This document shows, in pieces, positions 54,643 through 64,000 of a stretch of DNA of 64,000 nt (position 1 is the first letter of the stretch; each line of letters starts with the position of its first letter). Source of the DNA: an uncultured Planctomycetales bacterium. Lineage in GTDB: Bacteria > Planctomycetota > Planctomycetia > Pirellulales > S012-138. The notes under the pieces were generated by a model. The model was given only the letters and a program-made list of their open reading frames with translations. It was not told the origin of the DNA and did no database searches. Where the stretch lies: positions 16,596 to 80,595 of the forward strand of contig CALJLD010000060.1 in the NCBI GenBank assembly GCA_937982665.1, in the 5' to 3' direction. Made by a program: the position numbers and the translations under genes.

Positions 54643-55065
54643 TTATCGGCTCGCTGTTTGAAAGTCAAACTCTGTTTCACCGCTGGCGGTAACTTCTACC
54701 TTCAAGATCGTTCTTCGATTGAATTGGGGCGCCACCGAATTCGGCGGCTGCACGAGCTTGCCTTCTTGCTCCAGAAACGTTGCGGGATCATCTAACCCTT
54801 CAGGCACGGGATCGTCCCGATAGATTTCCACCGCGTAGATTCCGGCCGACGGGCCATCGGAAGATCCAAAAGCGTATCCGCCGTCGGTGATTGAAGTTGA
54901 CGTCGTGGGAGCATCAACACCGGCAGCGGGGACAAACTTAATGACTCCCGCTGCCAGTGGTTCTCCGTCCAATGTGACCTTCCCGGAAACCGGAATTCCG
55001 TCACCGCATCCAATCAAAGTTGTCAAAACCAACAGAAGCAAACTAAGGAAGCGTGCGCGGAGCAT
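54643..55065 (-). CDS. small lipoprotein with carboxypeptidase-regulatory-like beta-sandwich
   Basis: Lipobox LTTLIGCG, then VSGKVTLDGEPLAAGVIKFVP. Typical partner of DUF1559 genes. Confidence 0.65.
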   Translation of the reverse strand: MLRARFLSLLLLVLTTLIGCGDGIPVSGKVTLDGEPLAAGVIKFVPAAGVDAPTTSTSITDGGYAFGSSDGPSAGIYAVEIYRDDPVPEGLDDPATFLEQEGKLVQPPNSVAPQFNRRTILKVEVTASGETEFDFQTASR

Positions 55066-55120
55066 GACAATTCACCGGAAAGGCTGCGAACAACTGGACG
55101 GGAGAGAAGAGACGCAAGCG

Positions 55121-56008
55121 TTATTTACCGGCAAGTGTTTCCGTTTCGCCGCGATCACGAGTCACCAAAGCTTTCAAGACATCCGGGCTCGTATACGTGG
55201 GCACAAAGTGAACGGAGGAATCTCCCATCACAAAATTTGCGCCAGCGGGGTGATCGCTGCGGAACGTCCACAGTTCGTCAAAACCGTTGATTAGCAGTTC
55301 CGAGTTGTAGACGCCGACCATTGTGCCTTGCGAGTAGCCGGGATATCCGGTGGCCCATTCGCCCAATCCCCCGCGCAAGTTGCCGGAGCTGCACATGTAA
55401 TTGCGGATACTGTAATCCGTTTCGCCGGCCATGAAGGTATTGGATGAGCCGTCAAGAATGGTCGAGAACGAAGTGTGCTGGTTGTCGCCATCCCAGACAA
55501 AGAAACCATCTCGAGCGGCCGCACTGTGGCCCGACGAGTTACTCGATATCGAAAGCACATAGCTGCATTGGCCCTGCTCACCCTGGCAATCAGGGAACCA
55601 ACGCGCCATTGAAGGGCAAATAAAGAACTCAATCTCCTGACTCACGGCGGCTTGATTGGCCGGATCCGACCAGTCCTTCGAAATGTCGTAGAGCTGGTAA
55701 AGGTTCGAGTTCTCGCAAAATGGCAAGATGTCGGTAAACCCGCTCCGCAATCGTCCGACGCCTGCTCCTGGCGAAAAACCGCTGGAAGCAAATGGGAACT
55801 GGCCATGCACATCATGGAACATCGTTGTCGCCAACCCAATCTCGTGCAGGTTGTTTGTGCACGATGATCGCCGACCCGCTTCTCGCGCGGCCTGAACAGC
55901 AGGCATCAGCAACGCAACCAGAATGCCTACGATTGCGATGACGATGAGTAATTCGACCAGAGTAAAGCCAGCGGCATCGCTGGCCCGTAGGCCCTTTTTG
56001 ACTTTCAT
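55121..56008 (-). CDS. DUF1559 domain protein with type II secretion/prepilin-type N-terminal methylation motif
   Basis: GFTLVELLIVIAIVGILVALLMPAVQAAREAGRRSSCTNNL. Start refined to the ATG at 56008. Confidence 0.85.
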   Translation of the reverse strand: MKVKKGLRASDAAGFTLVELLIVIAIVGILVALLMPAVQAAREAGRRSSCTNNLHEIGLATTMFHDVHGQFPFASSGFSPGAGVGRLRSGFTDILPFCENSNLYQLYDISKDWSDPANQAAVSQEIEFFICPSMARWFPDCQGEQGQCSYVLSISSNSSGHSAAARDGFFVWDGDNQHTSFSTILDGSSNTFMAGETDYSIRNYMCSSGNLRGGLGEWATGYPGYSQGTMVGVYNSELLINGFDELWTFRSDHPAGANFVMGDSSVHFVPTYTSPDVLKALVTRDRGETETLAGK

Positions 56009-56168
56009 GGGAGTCCTCTTCGCGTATTTCCAAAGGAAACGGCTCAGTCCAGCAACACTGCGTGGACTCAAACACGGACAATGGCTGGCTAGCGAAGAGG
56101 TGCGGCAAGAGCCGGCGGCCATGGCGGGCGGACGAACGATCCGTGTGAGAAAGAAATCTATCAAATGC

Positions 56169-56199
56169 CTTATTGATATCAAGTCTCAATTTCAATAAG
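56169..56199. promoter_or_regulatory. AT-rich inverted repeats upstream of hemP (candidate metal-responsive operator)
   Basis: CTTATTGA (56169-56176) pairs with TCAATAAG (56192-56199). A nested perfect 10-bp palindrome TTGATATCAA lies at 56173-56182. Confidence 0.3.
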
Positions 56200-56209
56200 A
56201 TCTCGCGTA

Positions 56210-56461
56210 GTGGGCCAGGTGAGTTCTAAGTGCCGTTCTTGCCAGATGATAGTGAAACGCCTGATGTCTGCCGAATCTCAATTCCCTTCGCAGCAGCCAA
56301 CGAATGCGAGCGATTCGCAACCTCGTCTGATTCCCCATTCGCCACGAACTATCGAGTCCGAAGACATCCTCCAAGGCGAAGACGAAGTGCAGATTCTCCA
56401 TTTGGACAAGGTGTACCGCCTGCGCAAGACGCGGAACGGAAAGCTCATTCTGCAGAAGTGA
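56210..56461 (+). CDS. hemP: hemin uptake protein HemP-like
   Basis: The C-terminus ILQGEDEVQILHLDKVYRLRKTRNGKLILQK matches the HemP signature (...Y.LR.T..GKLIL.K). The start is uncertain (GTG at 56210, ATG at 56246 or 56264). Confidence 0.65.
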   Translation: MGQVSSKCRSCQMIVKRLMSAESQFPSQQPTNASDSQPRLIPHSPRTIESEDILQGEDEVQILHLDKVYRLRKTRNGKLILQK

Positions 56462-56707
56462 ATCTCGGCGTTCCCTGCTCGCGCATTCGCTCGTTCCAAT
56501 GCACGCCTGCTAACGCACATTGCGGCTGCACGACATCTGGCAGACCGTGTTGGTTTGGTGTCGCCGGCGGTTCTTGGGCATGAAAGTTTGCCGTGGACAT
56601 TGCCCTCGTGCGCGGATTCGCTTGCGTCAACAGAGATGCGAGATAAAACCAAGGCTCATTCCCTTTGGTTCTTCCGTCCAGCATTCTCACTCCGGCGCAT
56701 CGGCAGC

Positions 56708-58744
56708 ATGTCAGAACAGCAAAGACTTCCGCGCACGGCATATGGTCTGAAAGAAGGCGAGAAGTTTGTTCCGTTGACTTACGGTCAAACGCTGACGGAA
56801 TTCACTTTCAAGTCCATACTCTCAGGCGCTGTGCTGGGCATGCTGTTTGGCGCGGCCAACACATACTTGGGATTGAAGGCGGGATTGACCATCTCAACGT
56901 CAATTCCAATTGCCGTCCTCACGGTGATCTTGTTTCGCGCGCTCGCCAGCGCCGGCAAAGGCGGTTCAATCCTTGAACTGAACATGTCGCAGACCGTTGG
57001 TTCGGCGAGTTCGTCCGTGGCATCCGGCCTGTTGTTCACAATCCCGGCGCTGTACTTGTGGAACAAGGAGCCGGAATCGCTGGGGCCACCGACGTGGTTG
57101 CAGATGGCGCTCCTGGGTATGGCAGGCGGTTTGTTGGGCGTTTTGGCGATGATCCCACTGCGCCGCTACTTGATTAAGCAAGAGCACGGCAAACTGCTCT
57201 ACCCCGAAGGCATGGCTTGCGCCGAAGTCTTGGTTGCCGCCACCCGCGGCGGAGCCAGAGCAGCCGGAGTTTTCTGGGGGATTGGTGCCGGTCTGATTCT
57301 GAAACTGCTGACCGGACTCAAAGTTGTTGCTGACAAAGTTGTTGTTTCTTTGCCGTTCAAGTCCGAGTTCTCGATCAGTGTTTCGCCAGCATTGATTGGC
57401 GTGGGTTACATCCTGGGCCCAAGGATCGCCACGGTCATGGTCGCCGGCAGCGCGATCTCCTACTTCATCATCATCCCGTCCATTGTCCTTATCGCCGGAA
57501 ATGACGCACCGTTCTTACCGGAGATCCAAGGCGATGAAGTAAAACTCATCTCGGAGATGAAGACCAAAGACATTTGGAATCTCTACGTGCGATACATTGG
57601 CGCCGGAGCTGTGGCCACTGGCGGGATATTCACACTGATCAAGTCAATCCCCACCATGCTCGCCTCGTTCCGTTTGGGTCTTGCGCACATGCGGGGCAAA
57701 CAGCAAGGCGATGATTCCAACTCTGGCGAAGCCCGACTCGACCGCGACCTTTCGTTTCGTGTCGTCGGGCTTCTTGTCACCGGCATCCTGCTGGTTCTAA
57801 TCTTCGTTCCCGGCATTCTCGGCAAACTTGATACTATTCCCGAACGCGCTTGCGCGGCCGTGCTTGTCGCGATCTTCGCGTTCTTTTTTGTGACTGTCTC
57901 GTCACGAATTGTTGGCCTTGTTGGCGTGACGTCGAATCCCACATCGGGAATGACAATCGCCACCGTGATTGGCACCAGCCTGATCTTCTATGCATTGGGA
58001 TGGACCGGGATGGAAGGCAAAGTCACCGCCCTGATGGTCGGCACAGTCGTCTGCACCGCGGCGTCAATCGCCGGCGACACTTCACAAGACCTGAAGACTG
58101 GCTATGTGTTGGGGGCTACTCCGCGCTGGCAGCAGATTGGCGAGTTGCTGGGCGTGCTCACTTCCGCAGGCGTTGTCGCGCTTGTGCTCATGGTTTTGGA
58201 TCGCACAGCCAAAGGTGGCATCGGTGGCGAAGAGTTCTCCGCACCGCAAGGTACGCTGATGAAGATCGTGATCTCTGGCGTGCTGGATCAACAACTTCCC
58301 TGGATGCTGATTCTCACCGGCGTGATCATCGCGACGATTGCCCTGATCTTCCGCTTGCCTGTGCTTGCTTTCGCCGTTGGCGTGTATCTGCCCCTTTACA
58401 CAATGGCCGCAGTTTTTCTCGGCGGCATGGTGCGGTTGTGGATCACACACAAACAGCCGGAAGCGGAAAGCGAGCGTCGCCGCGAGCAGGGCGTATTGGC
58501 CGGCTCAGGCTTTGTCGGTGGCGAAGGGCTCACCGGCGTTTTGATCGCAATTGTTGTGCTCAGCCTGGCGTCGTTCGGGGGATCGCTTTGGGACAAGACG
58601 CTTGTTGAGTCATTGCCGCTTTCGGCCAGCGCCGTTCCGATTGTGAACAACATCCTCAGCGCCGCGGCCATTGTGGCGATTGCACTCTTCTTGCGATGGC
58701 AGGCACTGCGGCGCGTCGACAAGCCTGACGATGCTTCAGCTTGA
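56708..58744 (+). CDS. OPT family oligopeptide (or metal-chelate) transporter
   Basis: About 16 TM segments. N-terminus LTEFTFKSILSGAVLGMLFGAANTYLGLKAGLT, and later DLKTGYVLGATPR, typical of OPT. Start refined to the ATG at 56708. Confidence 0.85.
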   Translation: MSEQQRLPRTAYGLKEGEKFVPLTYGQTLTEFTFKSILSGAVLGMLFGAANTYLGLKAGLTISTSIPIAVLTVILFRALASAGKGGSILELNMSQTVGSASSSVASGLLFTIPALYLWNKEPESLGPPTWLQMALLGMAGGLLGVLAMIPLRRYLIKQEHGKLLYPEGMACAEVLVAATRGGARAAGVFWGIGAGLILKLLTGLKVVADKVVVSLPFKSEFSISVSPALIGVGYILGPRIATVMVAGSAISYFIIIPSIVLIAGNDAPFLPEIQGDEVKLISEMKTKDIWNLYVRYIGAGAVATGGIFTLIKSIPTMLASFRLGLAHMRGKQQGDDSNSGEARLDRDLSFRVVGLLVTGILLVLIFVPGILGKLDTIPERACAAVLVAIFAFFFVTVSSRIVGLVGVTSNPTSGMTIATVIGTSLIFYALGWTGMEGKVTALMVGTVVCTAASIAGDTSQDLKTGYVLGATPRWQQIGELLGVLTSAGVVALVLMVLDRTAKGGIGGEEFSAPQGTLMKIVISGVLDQQLPWMLILTGVIIATIALIFRLPVLAFAVGVYLPLYTMAAVFLGGMVRLWITHKQPEAESERRREQGVLAGSGFVGGEGLTGVLIAIVVLSLASFGGSLWDKTLVESLPLSASAVPIVNNILSAAAIVAIALFLRWQALRRVDKPDDASA

Positions 58745-58781
58745 TCGATCGGTGAACTCAACCTGACAGTTTCATCCAGAC

Positions 58782-60398
58782 TTATTCTGAGCCAGATTTA
58801 GCTTCAGCTCGACCATGCCGCCGCAACAAGTCGTCGATTTCTCGATGACCTGACGGGAATGGCGAGACGCGCCTCACGTCCGCGCCGGCGGCAATCAACG
58901 CTTCCACACTCTTCACATATTGTCCGGCATGGGGGCGTCTGATGCCGCGAACTCTTCCGGCGGTGTCGTCCTCACAATTGGACGCGCCAAAGACACAGCA
59001 ATCCAGCGCGGTGCCTTGGAAGTTGTTGAGCGTCTCCAGATTGGCGCCGCGTGAGATCAAGAATTCGATCACTTCAAAGTTGCCGCGCCAGGCTGCCTGA
59101 TTAATGGCCGTCCCAAAATCGCCTTTGGCCTCGATCGAGAATCCCAACTCCACCATCAACCGCACGGCCGGCAGATTTCCTTCATAGGCAGCCTGCGGCA
59201 GCGAACCATGTTCCGCGGGGGTCAGGTCTTTGATGATGTCAGGATGCTTGATCAGCAGCGCTCGAGCACTTGGCTCATCCGCGTTGAAGCATGCACACAA
59301 GAATCGGTCGACGTCTGACGCTTCGTGCTCGTGCGCGCCATGCCGTTGCAACAACTCGGCCGCTTTGGCATGGCCCCAGCGTACGGCCCAAGCATACGGC
59401 GTGCGCCCGCTTTCGACTCGCATCTTGAGGTTTGCGCCACCGTTGACCAACATCTGGATTACGTCCGCGGATCTGCGCCGCACAATCGCTCCGTGCAGAC
59501 GCGTTTGATGTTCACCCCACGGTGTCTTGAAGTTCGGGTCCGCGCCGTGTTGAAGGTAAAGCTGAACACCTTGCGGATTCTCAAAGTCCAGCATTCGCCC
59601 CATGCAATACGAAACCTTATCCGTGTGTGGATCCGCTTCGAGGATCAGCCTCAGGCATTCCAGTTCCTGGAACTCGCTGGCGTGGTAGAGCGATTCCGGT
59701 CCCAAGCCCGGTGCGGCGTCGTTGGGGTCCGCCCCCGCTTCCAGCAACATGCGAGTCAACTCCGCCACGTTGTTGATGCCTGCCGCGCCGTACAAACAGG
59801 TCTGCCGGGCGTTGGGGTCCGCGTTGACCATGTAATAGGCATTCGGGTCCGCGCCGGCATCCAGCAGCAACCGCGCAATCTCCAACATGTTTCTCTGTTG
59901 CTCGCCATCCCGCGCCAGAAATCGGGAGAAGCACAAATAAGAAAGTGGCGTACGATCGCCCGGCCCGCCGGCAAGCTTCGCGGCCAGCGGATTCTCCCCG
60001 ATCAAACGCTGAGCCGATTCCAGGTGACCGCTGACAGCCGCCGTGTAGATATCGTGCTCTGCCAGTGTTGGATCAGTCTGCAGCAACCGTTCCGCGAGCG
60101 CAATTTCCTGAGAGACGGCCGCGCGAACTAAATGCGAAGCACGCTGGGAACGCGGCGCATTTGTCTCTTGCGAATATTGCCGCAACTGCCCCCAATGATC
60201 GAAGTCATACTCGCGAGCCAGGGCCAATCTTGCGTTGTCCAGCGTAAAGAGCTTCGGAGGAATGGTCGCCAGCCACGGGACAATCGCCTCCACGCGTTTC
60301 CGCGCCTGGGCGTCGCCACCTTCAAAGGCAGCCTGCAACTCCACCGAGGCTTGTTCGAGATCTGCAAGGACCGGCAAATTGGGACCGAGACTGGTCAT
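58782..60398 (-). CDS. ankyrin repeat protein
   Basis: Repeated TPL..A...GH...V..LL..GADPN units (at least 8). Start refined to the ATG at 60398. Confidence 0.8.
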   Translation of the reverse strand: MTSLGPNLPVLADLEQASVELQAAFEGGDAQARKRVEAIVPWLATIPPKLFTLDNARLALAREYDFDHWGQLRQYSQETNAPRSQRASHLVRAAVSQEIALAERLLQTDPTLAEHDIYTAAVSGHLESAQRLIGENPLAAKLAGGPGDRTPLSYLCFSRFLARDGEQQRNMLEIARLLLDAGADPNAYYMVNADPNARQTCLYGAAGINNVAELTRMLLEAGADPNDAAPGLGPESLYHASEFQELECLRLILEADPHTDKVSYCMGRMLDFENPQGVQLYLQHGADPNFKTPWGEHQTRLHGAIVRRRSADVIQMLVNGGANLKMRVESGRTPYAWAVRWGHAKAAELLQRHGAHEHEASDVDRFLCACFNADEPSARALLIKHPDIIKDLTPAEHGSLPQAAYEGNLPAVRLMVELGFSIEAKGDFGTAINQAAWRGNFEVIEFLISRGANLETLNNFQGTALDCCVFGASNCEDDTAGRVRGIRRPHAGQYVKSVEALIAAGADVRRVSPFPSGHREIDDLLRRHGRAEAKSGSE

Positions 60399-60788
60399 GG
60401 AAGGACGAAAAAACGCGGAAGGATGCAGGGCTGGTGAGAAATGACTTGACCGCGGCGAACCTGGAGGGCTTTCGATTGTCTGTTGGGGCAGGCGAATTCC
60501 CGCCTCAAACCTCGCCCCCAAGCAAGCTTGCATGGGCGCTGCCTGGAACATTGTTCCAAGAAACGCTGCTGCTGAAGAGCAATCGATGAGAATTGAACGA
60601 AACGAAATGTCGGCAACCAAGGCGATCGCCACAAACGGCGGTTTGCCTCGAATGTCGATGTAGCGTGATTGTAACGTGGCACGCAGCGGCGTGTAACAGT
60701 TTCCGTCGCACTCCGCGCCGTTCGTTCTGTTCGATACAATGCCGCCACGAGCGGTGTTTACCTCATCTTGCCAGCAGCATTCGGTTCC

Positions 60789-62825
<2,037 letters not shown>

Positions 62826-62853
62826 CGGCGAGTCGCGGACTCCTCAACTTGCG

Positions 62854-64000
62854 TTAGCGCGAGTAAAAGAGGGCTTCGCCTGTGCGCAAATCGGGAAAGT
62901 CGCGCTTGGCGTCCGGAGCCACGTTTTGCTCTTCAAGCAAACTGTCGACGAAATAGAAGACGGCAGACTCACCCTGAGTTCTTGCTTGTTGAATAGCGAA
63001 GACCGCGTACGCGGGAATCCGGTTGGGCCAATCTTTCCCGAACGTGGCTTCCACATCTTTCATCTCCACAATGCCATCTGCATTGGCATCCAGTCGCGGA
63101 AGCAACTGTTTAGCCAACTCCACAAGATGCGCGACATCGTCCGCTGTCCAAGCGGGTGCGATCCGCCGTCGGGCAAACGGGATCGCCAAACCGCGCATGG
63201 GCTCAAAGTGGATGAACTTCAAGCGTCGAAGTTGTTGAAGCAAGCGCATGCCTTCCCCCCGCACGGTTTGTGTCGGCAGTGTCAGGCTCACGAGATTTTC
63301 CATCTGCGCCACGGACTCCATCCCGGCGTCGGTAACACGCGTTCCGGCAAGATTCAGCGTTCGCAGCTTGGGGCAGGCGATGAGCGATTTCAATCCCTCG
63401 TCGCTGACCCAGGTATCGTAAAGGCTTAACCGCAACAAGTCCGGCATTGTGGCGATGTACGCCATGTCTGCGTCCGTCGCCAGGCTGTCATCCAAGGCAA
63501 GGTGCGTGATCCCGGCTTGATTCTCCAGCAGGTCCAAGTGGTACCACTCGCCAATGTTCAAGCTGAGGTATCCGGTGTCGCTTGCAGCGCGATCAATCCG
63601 CTTTTGAAAGTTCGCACGAACCTCAGCGATCCGTTCAGGGTCGGGAGCCATTGTCGCCGGATCAAATTCCAAGCCATCCTCCCCACCGGGAGGCCACGCC
63701 ATTTTCACGCCTGGCGCCGCGCTCGGAATGGACCAACCATTGACGATCATCCCTTCAGAATTGCGGAACACACCCAGCACAACATTCTTCAAGCTGGGAA
63801 ACTCGCACAGCACATCGTACGTCTCGTAACTAATCAGCGTGCCAAGCAAATGCAGGCGAGCGAGTTGCGCAAGCCCCGTCAGTTCGCGCAGGCCTGCCGG
63901 TGTGATTTCGGTGTGAGAGATTCGCAAGTCCCGCAGGTTGGAATAGCGCGCAAGCGCCGGAACGTCGTCGTCCTCAATAAACGTGCTCTCAAGCCGAAGT
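62854..64000 (-). CDS. leucine-rich repeat protein (5' end beyond window end)
   Basis: LRR units (LRELTGLAQLARLHL, LRTLNLAGTRVTDAGM, and others). The frame stays open upstream of the track ATG (63927) to position 64000 (...LRLESTFIEDDDVPALARYSNLRDLRISHTEIT). Confidence 0.7.
   Translation of the reverse strand, partial: LRLESTFIEDDDVPALARYSNLRDLRISHTEITPAGLRELTGLAQLARLHLLGTLISYETYDVLCEFPSLKNVVLGVFRNSEGMIVNGWSIPSAAPGVKMAWPPGGEDGLEFDPATMAPDPERIAEVRANFQKRIDRAASDTGYLSLNIGEWYHLDLLENQAGITHLALDDSLATDADMAYIATMPDLLRLSLYDTWVSDEGLKSLIACPKLRTLNLAGTRVTDAGMESVAQMENLVSLTLPTQTVRGEGMRLLQQLRRLKFIHFEPMRGLAIPFARRRIAPAWTADDVAHLVELAKQLLPRLDANADGIVEMKDVEATFGKDWPNRIPAYAVFAIQQARTQGESAVFYFVDSLLEEQNVAPDAKRDFPDLRTGEALFYSR

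Noticed and set aside
58782-60632. Long N-terminal extensions in many track ORFs, for example 60632 vs 60398, 52607 vs 52379, 56182 vs 56008, 18100 vs 17962, 16802 vs 16658, and 41489 vs 41696.
   Set aside because: The extensions are Arg/Pro/Ser-rich, overlap neighbouring genes, or precede a clear homologous N-terminus with an ATG and often an SD-like sequence. I used the internal starts, which remain unverified.

Overview
This is a 64-kb, GC-rich (by eye about 55-58%), densely coding chromosomal segment. I call about 50 protein genes, most on the minus strand. I found no rRNA, tRNA, CRISPR array, transposase or integrase.

Gene content points to a Planctomycetota (Pirellulales-like) genome, by inference only:
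- a DUF1559 protein with a prepilin-type N-terminus, paired with a small lipoprotein
- an ECF sigma factor next to a giant Ser/Thr kinase, plus two further Hanks kinases
- a BlaI/M56 pair, and ankyrin and LRR proteins

Gene blocks in coordinate order:
- 1-7.7 kb: a glycan locus with an ABC (Wzm/Wzt-type) exporter. It has a GDP-mannose 3,5-epimerase-like enzyme, a nucleotide-sugar dehydrogenase, a Nudix hydrolase, up to three methyltransferases and a glycosyltransferase.
- 8-17 kb: mixed enzymes, including a molybdopterin-oxidoreductase/pentapeptide fusion, a PQQ-type propeller, a BNR-like protein, an S15 peptidase, a GT4 and a MOSC protein.
- 17-21 kb: a kinase translationally coupled to a 3-methyladenine glycosylase, then miaA.
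- 21-27 kb: a prkA-yeaH-spoVR operon extended by two unknown ORFs.
- 27.5-33.7 kb: an orphan receiver and a 107-aa unknown gene, then an ECF sigma factor and a 1373-aa kinase / STAND-NTPase / TM / FGE-like protein. This is my top candidate for an undescribed signalling system.
- 35.6-38.6 kb: blaI and a blaR1-like gene, split by a perfect 29-bp nested inverted repeat of the ATTCCC-N8-GGGAAT (dRS3-like) type.
- 38.7-64 kb: housekeeping and accessory genes, including an EF-G2-like paralog, hisA, metG, hemP plus an OPT transporter, PPK2, PhyH and a KAS III-like enzyme.

All functional calls rest on motif recognition from the translated ORFs. No database search was run. Start codons are often refined by hand and remain uncertain.
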